DNA of 64,000 nucleotides from a virus: positions 1 through 64,000 of the IMG/VR virus record IMGVR_UViG_3300037258_000145, one strand, 5' to 3'. Positions 1 through 9,500 of this stretch are shown here, piece after piece (the stretch's first letter is position 1; the number at the start of each line of letters is the position of its first letter). A model generated the notes under the pieces. It did not search any database, had not been told where the DNA came from, and was given only the letters and a program-made list of their open reading frames with translations. The position numbers were made by a program, and so were the translations under genes.

Positions 1-133
1 CGAGGGCAAGATCGGCCCCGGTGGAGCTACCAGTAACGTTTCGCTACGCGCTCACCAGTCTGAGCCACGGATGATGCAGGTGCGAGCCTACGAGTACCAG
101 GCGCCCAGCGGGACAGTGATCCCTCGCAAGCCT

Positions 134-709
134 CTACCCGGCTGGTAGCTCCCAATTCCACAGCCCTTGATGACCCTGGACGGGAACGGGTACGTCGAGA
201 GGCTTGATGTCGGCCAGGAGCCAGGCAAAGCGGCCGGGCGAATAGTCCCCATAAGGGCGTTGGTCGGTCACCCACTCGGCTTGCGCTCCCATCTCTCGGC
301 AGATACCGAGCACGCCGTCGCCATACCGCTTGAGGTGGGGGTAGTCGTCCTTTGTATAGGACCGGCCTGGCCCGATTATCGGCACGCAGTCGACCAGTTC
401 ACAGGTGGCCACGATGGCGCCGAGAGGGAGCCGGTAATGCTCGGCCGAGACGCCTGAGTAATCGACCATACCGTTGCCGAGTGTGGTGCCCGCTCGATGG
501 AGAGATGGCCCCTCGTCCACCCACCAGCCGGTGGCGGCCTCCCAATCGGCCAGCTTGGGCACCCTCTTGGCGGCGTGCACGGCAAGGCGCCCGCGGTACT
601 TCGTGGCCCAACTCCGGGTCTCGATGGTCTTGATGTTGAGAGCCACAAGTGAAGCCCATGGCTGGTAAAGAGACAGACAGCGCGCGTGGTCCCAGTCAAT
701 GGTGATCAT
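134..709 (-). CDS. ASCH domain protein
   Basis: LSLYQPWASLV..IKTIETRSW.T.YRG.LAVHAAK and C-terminal PVPVQGHQGLW are the ASCH signature; ATG at 709 overlaps the upstream TGA (ATGA). Confidence 0.9.
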   Translation of the reverse strand: MITIDWDHARCLSLYQPWASLVALNIKTIETRSWATKYRGRLAVHAAKRVPKLADWEAATGWWVDEGPSLHRAGTTLGNGMVDYSGVSAEHYRLPLGAIVATCELVDCVPIIGPGRSYTKDDYPHLKRYGDGVLGICREMGAQAEWVTDQRPYGDYSPGRFAWLLADIKPLDVPVPVQGHQGLWNWELPAG

Positions 710-909
710 GGACGGCGCCCGAAGTGGTGGAGCCAGACCTGCTCGCGGATATAGCGCACCACGGCGCCACCGGTGTTCGTGGCCCAGCCACAGCTGCACC
801 GGACGTCCCAGCCCCAGGCGCCGCGCATCTGGGCGGTACGGGGGAGCCAGCCGTCGGGGGCCTCCTCACAGGGGGTCACCCGGGCGAACCAGCGGATCTG
901 GTGCTTCAT
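706..909 (-). CDS. hypothetical protein (CSCGW motif)
   Basis: ATGA-coupled at both ends in a minus-strand chain. Confidence 0.6.
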   Translation of the reverse strand: MKHQIRWFARVTPCEEAPDGWLPRTAQMRGAWGWDVRCSCGWATNTGGAVVRYIREQVWLHHFGRRP

Positions 910-1205
910 GGCTTGGCCCGCCTAGCGATGGACTTGGCACAGCTCCGGCACTTGTCCAGGGCGTGCACCTGGTCAAAGGTGGTGGCACCCTCCGCCCGGT
1001 ATTGGGTGAGCAGGATCAGCCCGCACAGAGAGCGGTAGCGGGGCACCTGGTAGGACGTGGTGGGCGCCACCTTGGCCGTCGGGTCATCAGAGTCCGCGGC
1101 GTGGACGATGCCGGCGGAGCCCCACGACCCGGGGCTGAGGGAGCGCACCGCGATAAAGGTCATCTTGGTTGAGGTGGTCATGAAAGTCATCTTAGCAGAT
1201 GTCAT
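906..1205 (-). CDS. hypothetical protein (H..CG..CxxC motif)
   Basis: ORF coupled to 706..909; start uncertain (several Mets). Confidence 0.55.
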   Translation of the reverse strand: MTSAKMTFMTTSTKMTFIAVRSLSPGSWGSAGIVHAADSDDPTAKVAPTTSYQVPRYRSLCGLILLTQYRAEGATTFDQVHALDKCRSCAKSIARRAKP

Positions 1206-1277
1206 ATGGGCAGGTCAAGGACACCGTGGAAAGAATCTCCCGCTCAAGGTCCCACGCTTACCAGTCGATACGACATC

Positions 1278-1499
1278 ATGACACCCACCAGCGCCACCCT
1301 AACCGTCGCCCGCCACGCTGCTATCACTGCCGCTCCGGAAGCCGCCGAAGCGATCGATCACGCCCTGGACATCGCCTACGAACTAGGACGGGCCTCGACG
1401 CGAAAGAACCGGCCGAGTCTTCCCCAACTCGACCGGCTCTCGCGTGCTCAAGGTCCAGGGCCCCTGTCCCTCATGCGTGTCCCCCTACTTAGGGAGTGA
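1278..1499 (+). CDS. small hypothetical protein, opposite strand
   Basis: Fills the gap between 1205 and the amidase stop; protein-like composition. Confidence 0.4.
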   Translation: MTPTSATLTVARHAAITAAPEAAEAIDHALDIAYELGRASTRKNRPSLPQLDRLSRAQGPGPLSLMRVPLLRE

Positions 1500-2376
1500 C
1501 GCTTGAGGCTACCTCGGGCGCGGGCGGCTCGTCAATGTACTCCGGGACCGGATCGGGCGGGAAGGCGGCCTCAGGCGGTACAGCCATCTGTTCTTTGGGA
1601 GGCGGCGGGTTGTCGGGGTCGCCCCACTGTCCGGTGCCGTGAACCGGCGCCGTCGTCGGAGGGACTACAGGGAACCTATTCAGGAACCCGCCCGTGGCGT
1701 TGTCGTCGACTATCCACGCTGTGGGGACCAGGGGCACCTGCGCGGCTGTGAGGGGCTTCCAGTGCGTCGCAGCTTGGTACACGACCTGCTCGTAGTGGGT
1801 GACGGGCGTCGGACTGAACACGCCCTCTTTGAACACGCCTGATTTTAGGATCATGGTTCCCTCCGGAGGAATAGTCGCCGTGGCGGCTAGGAGCACGCCG
1901 GGCAGTTGAGCAGAGCGGATGGTCCCCGGGCAGGCGTGATCTCCGTATGCCGGGTCGGGTAGTCCCGATGGGTAGAAGGCGTGCGTAGTGATGCCCTGGC
2001 CCCCGTGGTCGACAAGTTCCAGCGGCCAGCCGTAGGACTGGTGGCCCCATGCGACGAGCTTGGCCAGGGTGGCGCATTGAGAGTCCGTCAGTGGGTCTTC
2101 GGGAAACCCACATGTCTCGACACTGAGGTAACTGCTATTGCCTTCGACCTCAGCCCAGGCGGTCGTCCCGGCTGGGACATACTGCTCAAGGCTGCCGTCC
2201 AGGTCGATCCAGAAGTGGGCGCTGACTTCGGCCGCGGGGTTACTGAACCAGCCGAAGAGAGACCCCGTACCGACCTGGACATGCACTACAAGTCCGACGT
2301 TCTCCGCCATTGGCCCACCGGTATTGCAAGCGATCGGCCGGTAGTCCGCAAACGGGCAGAGCGTCGGGACGGTCAC
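1489..2376 (-). CDS. endolysin, N-acetylmuramoyl-L-alanine amidase (Amidase_2-like)
   Basis: VVH, SAHFWI..DG...QYV...AW..GN...SVE, TH, and HACPG Zn-amidase motifs; next to a holin-like gene. Confidence 0.9.
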   Translation of the reverse strand: MTVPTLCPFADYRPIACNTGGPMAENVGLVVHVQVGTGSLFGWFSNPAAEVSAHFWIDLDGSLEQYVPAGTTAWAEVEGNSSYLSVETCGFPEDPLTDSQCATLAKLVAWGHQSYGWPLELVDHGGQGITTHAFYPSGLPDPAYGDHACPGTIRSAQLPGVLLAATATIPPEGTMILKSGVFKEGVFSPTPVTHYEQVVYQAATHWKPLTAAQVPLVPTAWIVDDNATGGFLNRFPVVPPTTAPVHGTGQWGDPDNPPPPKEQMAVPPEAAFPPDPVPEYIDEPPAPEVASSVTP

Positions 2377-3590
2377 CGTTCGAACGGAACCCCGACCGGC
2401 CTGCCCTCGTCGTCTACAGGTACGCCGCCGGCGGCCAGCTTCTTACGCTCCAGGTCGTGGAGGTGTTCGACGTCGTGGAGCAGGTCTTTGGCGTCGGTCT
2501 CTACCGTTTCGACCACACCGACCGCATCTCCACCTACCTGAGTGACCAGCGCGGCGGCGTCGGCTTCAGCATCGGTCACGACGGTCGTGGGGTCGGCTTC
2601 GATCGTTTTCACGTCGCCCTCAACCGTTTTGGCTACGCCCTCGGCGTCGGTCTTCACCTGCTCACCTAGAGCTTCGGCGTCAGCCTTGAGGGCCGCCAGG
2701 AAGCCGGGAGTCTGGACGATTGAGGCACGGTCCTTGGTCTTCAGGATGGCATCACGTCGACCCACGCCCTTAGCGATCCCTTGCTCCGCTTGGAGCGCCG
2801 CCAGGGCCTCCAGTAGCTCAGTGGCGTCGAAGTACGTCTGGCTGTGGAGCTGGTCCTCGTCGAGGATGAGATATGCCTCTTCGAGGGTGGCTCGGCGGTT
2901 AGGCCATGTGTACGGCCACTCAACGCACCATGTGGCCGTGTAGCCCTGCTTGGGGTCGCGGTAGGTCGACGCCGTCGAGTGCCCGCCGACGATGGTCTTC
3001 AGGGCTGTATCGCTCCACGGTTCGCCAGCGCTGAACTGGTCCTCCATCACGGCGCTGACCACGATGTCGTCGGTCACCACGCCGAATACCTGCATGGCTC
3101 CCTGATATATCTGACCGCCAGCCGGGAGCTGCATGAAGGCGAGGAGCTTGGACAGGGGGCCGATCTCGTTCATGGTGAACCAAAGATAGGCGTCGGCCTG
3201 GTCACAGCCATTGTCGTAGCCGTTCTCAGCTGACCAAACGAAGTCAGTGGGTTTGGGGCTGCCTTGGTAGATGAAGTAGGCCGTGAGATTTTGGTCCATG
3301 GTCGGCCAAACCGTGTAGTCGCTCCAGTTGCCGACTGGCTGAGTGCCTGCCTTCCAGGCGTTCAGCATCCGCGAGTACACGTAGTCCACGAACACGCAGC
3401 AGCCGTAGGCCAGGTTCCCCAGATCGGGCAGAGCGGTTACCCCGCACCGGCCATCGAAGGTGGACTCCGGGCTGACGTAGGGAAACGGGTTCTTGAGCCG
3501 AGGCTCCAGAGCGAGACGGGCGCCGATCTCGGACTTGCCGAGGTGCCGACCGTACTTGCCGATGGTACGGGGAAGGGTGGGGTCTGACAT
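2373..3590 (-). CDS. putative papain-like cysteine peptidase with acidic amphipathic C-terminal repeats (lysis cassette)
   Basis: LGN..YGCCVF (candidate catalytic Cys), DNGC, GGH (His) and TW motifs; lies between holin and amidase. Confidence 0.55.
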   Translation of the reverse strand: MSDPTLPRTIGKYGRHLGKSEIGARLALEPRLKNPFPYVSPESTFDGRCGVTALPDLGNLAYGCCVFVDYVYSRMLNAWKAGTQPVGNWSDYTVWPTMDQNLTAYFIYQGSPKPTDFVWSAENGYDNGCDQADAYLWFTMNEIGPLSKLLAFMQLPAGGQIYQGAMQVFGVVTDDIVVSAVMEDQFSAGEPWSDTALKTIVGGHSTASTYRDPKQGYTATWCVEWPYTWPNRRATLEEAYLILDEDQLHSQTYFDATELLEALAALQAEQGIAKGVGRRDAILKTKDRASIVQTPGFLAALKADAEALGEQVKTDAEGVAKTVEGDVKTIEADPTTVVTDAEADAAALVTQVGGDAVGVVETVETDAKDLLHDVEHLHDLERKKLAAGGVPVDDEGRPVGVPFER

Positions 3591-3824
3591 TTAGCTTTTT
3601 CCTCCAAGGAAGTTGGCCAAGCCGGATACGAGTGCAGTAAGACCTACCCCAACCGCGGTGATCACAGCCAGGTCACCAGCAGGTACGTTCGTTCCTTTGA
3701 GGGCCGCGCTGGCCGCGCTGTCGAGGATCAGGAGCAGGCCCGCGGACTTGCCTACGTCGATGGCGACGCGCTGCCACCAGGGCTGCTTGGCGGGCGGGGA
3801 TGGGACGGGCGGGGTGGGGGTCAC
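3591..3824 (-). CDS. putative holin (two hydrophobic helices)
   Basis: GTG at 3824; two apolar segments; TAA-ATG coupled to the lysis genes. Confidence 0.6.
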   Translation of the reverse strand: MTPTPPVPSPPAKQPWWQRVAIDVGKSAGLLLILDSAASAALKGTNVPAGDLAVITAVGVGLTALVSGLANFLGGKS

Positions 3825-3835
3825 GGAGGTTGAGC

Positions 3836-4075
3836 CTAGCCCTCGGGCTGGCCGGGAAGTTGGAAGCCCATCTCGGCTAGGTGCATGGCTGCCTTCATGG
3901 CTACGGTGTCGGAGTCGCGCGCGTGCGACTTTTGCTCTATGTCGGTGTCGATCTCTTCGACCTTGGCCAGAGCCTCGCGTAGGGTCATGGTGTTCTTGCC
4001 AGGTGACTTCTCTGAGCGCCAACCGAGCATCTTGGCGTGACGGCGGCGGGTTTGGCGGTTCTGGGGCTGGCTCAC
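3836..4075 (-). CDS. hypothetical protein
   Basis: GTG at 4075 overlaps the upstream TGA; contains palindrome B. Confidence 0.5.
   Translation of the reverse strand: MSQPQNRQTRRRHAKMLGWRSEKSPGKNTMTLREALAKVEEIDTDIEQKSHARDSDTVAMKAAMHLAEMGFQLPGQPEG
3913..3930. repeat. palindrome B, copy 1
   Basis: AGTCGC GCGCGT GCGACT. Confidence 0.95.
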
Positions 4076-4410
4076 GCTGCGTTCCATCTCATGTAATAGG
4101 TGAAGGTGCTGGAGGTGTTGCCGCTGTTCCAACTGATGTTCTGCGCGCTTCCGTTGGTCATCGTAGCCCGCATCGATATCCGGACCACCCAATGACCCTC
4201 GGCGTTCCGCTCGACTAGTCCCGAGACATACTGACCGGTGACCTTGGAACACGCCTTCCAGCACAACTTGCAGATCAAGGGAGTTGCATCCGGGTGACGG
4301 CGACAGGTCCAGTGCGGGCCCTTGACGTGACGACCACAGTAGGTGATCCCATCTCGGGCGTCACGCTCCAGGTGAGGAACACCGCACTTGCGAGTGTGAC
4401 CTTGGCTCAC
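4072..4410 (-). CDS. hypothetical Cys/His-rich protein
   Basis: GTGA-coupled chain. Confidence 0.55.
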   Translation of the reverse strand: MSQGHTRKCGVPHLERDARDGITYCGRHVKGPHWTCRRHPDATPLICKLCWKACSKVTGQYVSGLVERNAEGHWVVRISMRATMTNGSAQNISWNSGNTSSTFTYYMRWNAA

Positions 4411-4598
4411 AGGTCGTACCTCGGCTTCGCTGTCATCCAGCGCTCCTCAACGCCGATAGTGGTGGAACTCACCGAAGTGACCGGACCAACCGCGGCCTCA
4501 GTCTCAAGGCTACGGGAGCGAGGACCGGCCGAGGCGAAACCCATCGGCCATCCCTTCCTCGGCTTCTTGGGCTTGGTGCTCTTCTTGGACTTTTTCAC
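4407..4598 (-). CDS. small basic hypothetical protein
   Basis: GTGA-coupled at both ends. Confidence 0.5.
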   Translation of the reverse strand: MKKSKKSTKPKKPRKGWPMGFASAGPRSRSLETEAAVGPVTSVSSTTIGVEERWMTAKPRYDL

Positions 4599-4843
4599 GT
4601 CGCCCTTTCTGTGAGCTTCAGATCTGCCAACCGGTCCAACACTGCCAGTCGCTCGGCCACCTGAGGGTGCAAGGTGCCGTCGTGAGCGCGCAGATGGGTT
4701 CGAAGTTCAGCAGCCGACGCTTCCCAGTCCTGCACTGCTTCGCCGATGCTGTGACCGAGCCCGTACATGGCGCCTTCGGAATCAGCAAAGAGCCAGTCGC
4801 CATCTTCGTCCATTTCAAGGGTGAAAGTGATGGGGTAGCTCAC
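4595..4843 (-). CDS. HicB-like protein
   Basis: LEMDEDGDW.......YGLGHSIGEAVQD resembles the HicB N-terminal fold. Confidence 0.55.
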   Translation of the reverse strand: MSYPITFTLEMDEDGDWLFADSEGAMYGLGHSIGEAVQDWEASAAELRTHLRAHDGTLHPQVAERLAVLDRLADLKLTERAT

Positions 4844-5208
4844 AGGTGCTCCCGGTAGATGTCTTGGATGAGGTGGACGATGGCGGCTTGGACATCGAAC
4901 GGGCGATCATTGCCCTTGTCAATGATTTGCACCAGGCCTACCAAGTGGCCGGCGTGCGGTCGGTCCCACAGCTTGTCGGGCTGGTACGCCTTCAGCACTT
5001 CGGTGAGCTTGGCTTGGGGACAGGCCGCGTAGACCGTCTTGGTACCTGGGTCGTCGGCGCCCTTGTGGTTGACCAAGAACCAGCAGCCTCCGAGAAGAGA
5101 GCCGAGCTGGTCGATCACTACCGGGCCTTTGATGATGCCTACGGCGGGGTCGGTGCCGGCGCGGACGCGGGCCATCTGGAGGAGTTGTTCGTGCTCAGTG
5201 CGGGGCAT
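4840..5208 (-). CDS. hypothetical protein
   Basis: Coupled ORF, GC3-rich codons. Confidence 0.6.
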   Translation of the reverse strand: MPRTEHEQLLQMARVRAGTDPAVGIIKGPVVIDQLGSLLGGCWFLVNHKGADDPGTKTVYAACPQAKLTEVLKAYQPDKLWDRPHAGHLVGLVQIIDKGNDRPFDVQAAIVHLIQDIYREHL

Positions 5209-5354
5209 CAGGGGGCGGTCTCAGGAGCAACGATCTCGTTGTCAGCTACGTACTTGGTGATCTTGCCAGTGTGGTTGCAGAACCGACAAGCTCGGCGGGC
5301 CGCTCGATTGAGGTTCTCACACTCCGGGCAGTCGACCTCAATGGCGACGCTCAT
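5208..5354 (-). CDS. 48-aa zinc-ribbon protein (not in ORF track)
   Basis: MSVAIEVDCPECENLNRAARRACRFCNHTGK...; two CxxC motifs; TGATG-coupled to the next gene. Confidence 0.7.
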   Translation of the reverse strand: MSVAIEVDCPECENLNRAARRACRFCNHTGKITKYVADNEIVAPETAP

Positions 5355-5358
5355 GGCT

Positions 5359-5386
5359 CAATACGCGCGGTCACCGCGCGCTTTCA
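5359..5386. repeat. palindrome A, copy 1
   Basis: CAATA CGCGCGGTCACCGCGCG CTTTCA. Confidence 0.95.
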
Positions 5387-5404
5387 ACTATCACGCAAGG
5401 CAGC

Positions 5405-6571
5405 TTAGCCGACCACTCCAGCCCATCCGGTAATTCGTCGGCCCGTGATAGTGGTTGTGTCCCCCGGAAAGAACGCGTGCACGATCGTATCCACGGCCAC
5501 CATGGCGGCGTCTAAGCCAGCGGCTTGGCGGGTCACCTGGATCATCTGACCCGACCTGACTCCCCAGCCTGCGGGCGGGGTGCAGGTGACGATGACCGGT
5601 TCGTCAGCTCCGAGCCCCAGGTACAGGGCGCAGGTGGCGTCGGCTTGGGCTTGGGCCTGAGAGGCGATCAGGGTGTCCTGGGTGTAGTCCAGGATGTAGC
5701 CGAAGGTGCCGACGTAGCTTGACGAGGCCGGGTTGTCGTCGAGGGCCGTGAAGGTGACCACCGAGTTACCCGGTCCTACCCCGTCGCGCTGGTATACGTT
5801 CGGCACATCGGCGTCGGTGAAGGTGTGCTCCACCTCGGTCATGGTGCAGTTGACGCCCTCGGTGAAGTACCAGTCGATCTCTTGGGTACGGGGGTCGGGG
5901 GGCATCTGGAGGTAGTACTTGGCGTCCGAGCCCTGGTAAAGCTCCACGCCCACCGCGGGTGCCCACTCCGTCGCCATCTTCGTCCATGGCTCGTCTCCGG
6001 GGTTGAAGGCAATAGCCGGGGTGGGCCATGTGATGTTGGCGAAGTTCGACAGGTCGGCGTCGGGTATCCAGTACGTGAGCAGATCGGCAAACGCCCATGA
6101 CCAGTACGTCCCTGCCGATACGGCCCATGCCGAATCAAGGGCGATGCGGGTCGCCAACCAACTCTCGTCCTGGCCGGTTATCTCCACCTCGCGCGTCGCC
6201 CCGGTGTCTTTGGAGTCACCGACCTGGACGATGAGCTTGCCAAGCTGCCACCCGCCCGCCACAACCAGGATCGTGTACCCCGACGTCGCCCCGGTGGCCA
6301 GTAACGACTGAGCATTGGACGGGGACAGAGCGCCGGTCGGGTCGGCCACGGTCATGTCACAGGAGCGCCGGTTGGCTTGGGTGCGGTCGTCGGTGAAGGT
6401 GGAGCCCTGCAAGATGTTGAGGGTCTGGGCCAGGTTCCCATACCGGTCGAACATGGTGATGACTACCGCCGGCGCTGGCTCCGGTAACGGCGGGATGGGT
6501 GGCGGAGGCGGAGGTGGGCTCGACACCACAGCGACCGGCATGGTCGTGGGTAGGCGGGAGGGAAGGGGCAC
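5405..6571 (-). CDS. baseplate hub/Tal-like minor tail protein (DUF5047-like)
   Basis: Second gene after the tape measure; RRSCDMT, P.PW..A...G.ELY, PNV motifs as in actinophage hub proteins. Confidence 0.65.
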   Translation of the reverse strand: MPLPSRLPTTMPVAVVSSPPPPPPPIPPLPEPAPAVVITMFDRYGNLAQTLNILQGSTFTDDRTQANRRSCDMTVADPTGALSPSNAQSLLATGATSGYTILVVAGGWQLGKLIVQVGDSKDTGATREVEITGQDESWLATRIALDSAWAVSAGTYWSWAFADLLTYWIPDADLSNFANITWPTPAIAFNPGDEPWTKMATEWAPAVGVELYQGSDAKYYLQMPPDPRTQEIDWYFTEGVNCTMTEVEHTFTDADVPNVYQRDGVGPGNSVVTFTALDDNPASSSYVGTFGYILDYTQDTLIASQAQAQADATCALYLGLGADEPVIVTCTPPAGWGVRSGQMIQVTRQAAGLDAAMVAVDTIVHAFFPGDTTTITGRRITGWAGVVG

Positions 6572-6572
6572 G

Positions 6573-9500
6573 TTACGGCCGAGCTATTTGCACGTACTTG
6601 AGAGTGGTCTTGCGCATGGCCGACTCCACGCCAGTGAACTCGGTTTCGATCTCACGGGCGCCGGTTATCCAGACGTAGAGACTGTCCCCGAAGGGCCCCT
6701 GAAGCAGAAGAGCTCGGGACGGGATCAGCAGGTTCAGCAGGTTATAGATGTCGTACGGCGCGCCGTCGGGGCCTTCCATGGTGGTGAAGGTGATCGAGCC
6801 CGTGGCACCCCGCATCCCGTCTGAGACGATCACCTCGTAGGTCCCTCCGAGCGTGACGTAATCGCTCGAGACCTCGAGCGGTGCCCGGGGGTAGGGCGGG
6901 TCAAGCTGGACCTGAGCGTTATAGACCGGGTTGATCGGGTCCTTCAGCCACCAGTAACCGTAAAAGGCCGGACAGGTGCAGTTGACCACGGATGACCATG
7001 CCGATACCAGACCGCCCGAGGTGATCTGACGCACCCGGTAGCTAATGACCGTGCCGACGGCGGCCATATCGTAGTCGTCCAGGGTGGTCTCGATCGATGA
7101 GCCTGGTAGTGCCGCTCCCCACGTGCCCATCCCGAAGGCCCCGCCGCCCCACAGGGCCGAACCCGCTGTCCCTGAGGACCCAACCGGTACCGCCGAGCCA
7201 TTGCGGACGTCGGCCCATGTGCTCCCCGCGTTCAGGGAGTACTGGAACTCGGCCGTGTTGCCCACTGTGGCCCCTGTGAGGGCTAGGACGATGTCCAGGC
7301 CTGCATAGGTCCCAAGTGTCGCTGTGGCGGTCAGGGAGGGCGTAGCAGGGGCCGTGTAGACGATCGTGAATGTAGCGAAGTCGTCGTACCCGTTGGTAGC
7401 CCCTGAGGTCTCGGTAACGACCACGTAGACGTCATAGGTGCCCTGAGGCAGGTACAGGCCGCTGACGGTCGCTGAGGACGCCTGCCCGGCCGTGATGGGC
7501 GTCGACCATGTCGGGGTTGTGGTGGCCGGATCCCAACCGGTTGGCCCGATGAGGACCTGGTACGTGGTCTGGATGCCGCCCATCGTCCCGGCTGTGAACG
7601 TCCATTGGATCGTCGGCTGAGATGTCCCCACGACGTCATCGAGGTGGTACAGGCAGCCGGTTGAAACGTCCGAGGTGAACGGAATCGTGGCGGGCGTGTA
7701 GTTGCTGGCGAACGTGTAGCGCACGGAGTCGGAAATCCGCACTTCGTCAACGACGCTGGTCGCTACCGTGTCGGCAAAAAAGACCACCAGCGCCGTGGAC
7801 CCGCTTGGAGCCTTAGCCGATGTCATGGCATAGTCGGTGTCGTAGGTGCCGTTGACCCAAACCGCCACGTCGGCGCCGTTGTAACTCACGGCTACGTTAT
7901 TGGCGACACCGGCAGTGAGTAGATGCGAACCCGAGTTGAGGAAGTGCGAGGTCCCGCCCGAGTCGTACCAAATAACCTGGACGGCGCCTGAGGGATCGAT
8001 GACGATCTGCCACTCACCAGACCGTCCGATGACATAGGGCGTGGTCGCAAACGACGGCGCTTCGTATATGAACTCGCAAGTCCAGGCAGAGCCGGTGACA
8101 GCGCCCTGGGCGTTGCCAGAGCCGACAGGACCGGAGAGAAAGCTCCCGCTGGAGACGGCCTGCGCGGCCGAGCCAAAAGCCGTGCCTGCTGGTGACGGCA
8201 CCAATCCAACCGTTCCAGTCGCAGTGAGGGTCTGACCGCTCGGTCCAGAGTCGATGAACGACAACGGCGTGGCCTCGATCGACGCCGAGGGTGAGACGGC
8301 CAAGAACATCTTGAGCGGGAACGGGACCTGAGAAACGATGAGGTTGGGATCTCGGGTTAGCGTCCACCAGTAGTAGGTCGTCCCGGCGGGACCGAGGACG
8401 TCGGCCGGGATGGTCAACGATTGCGTCCCGCCTCCCATTACAGGAACGGCGTCCAGGTGGTACAGACAGCCGGTATTGGCGTTGCTCACAAACGGGGCTG
8501 TAGCGGGCGTGTAGGAGGTGCTGTAGCGGGCGGTGTCAGAGACGCGCACCTCGGCCATATAGCCTGTCGTCCCCGTCGTGGACGGTGAGGGGGCACCGAG
8601 GATCATGGACTGGCTCGACGGGGCTCGGGCCGTGCTGAGCGATAGAGTGGCCACCGAGGCGCCATTGAGCCACAGTGTCCACGTCGTGCCGGACCACGTG
8701 AGGGCGACGGCGTAGTTGGCTCCAGCGGTGAGGGCGACGCCCCCGAAGGCATGACCGATACCACTGGCGTCGAACACCTCGATGGTGAGATTGCCACCCG
8801 TTAGGTAAATGGCCCACTCCTGATGGGCGCTGGTATCCCTTGAAACCAAAAAGGTCGCTGTCGTCAGATCGGCCGCGCTCGGCTGGTACAAAAACTCGAC
8901 AGTGAACGCGGAACCGACGACGGCACCCTGAGCATTGGTACTGCCTGGTGGTCCGACTAGAGCGCTGTGACCGACAAAGTGAGCGCAGGCTGTAAACCCT
9001 TCGGTGATGGCGTACTGGACACCGACCACGGTGCCGACCTGGAAACTGAACGTTTGGCCGCTCGGGCCGGAATCAGCTAGCGAAAGGTCATCCAGCCACA
9101 CTTCCCACTGCGACAGCGCCTCGCCGTTCCAGTAGATGCCGGGCTGGCCCTGTCCGGTACCCAAGAGATAGGCGAAGGCGACCTGGTTCTCAGCTGGGTC
9201 GACGGTCCACTCAAAGGTCTGAGGTACCGCAGGGTTGATCACAGACCCGAACCCGGGCGGTCCTAAAACCGGAGTCGCAGGTTGGTAGACCGGCAGTGTA
9301 AATACGCCACTCATGCAAAAGGGCGTGGTGGCGCTCGCTATGGCCCCAAGGACCACATCGACTTCGCTGATGGTGGGGTTCGGCGGGCAGACAACCGACG
9401 TGCTCGAAGTGTCAAGACCGGTGGCAATCGTCTGGGTGAAAAAGTCCCATGTGAGGGTGGGAGGTGACGTTAGGCCAATTGTCATCCCCAGACGTATCAC

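Noticed and set aside
1203-1208. Idea that CATCTG is CATATG mutated to avoid an NdeI-like restriction site
   Set aside because: CATATG still occurs in the window (about 1203, 14227, 23674), and ATG could be kept by changing the upstream bases instead
4405-4847. GCTCACAGGT at gene junctions (4405, 4838, 18550)
   Set aside because: Only 10 bp and largely explained by the GTGA coupling motif
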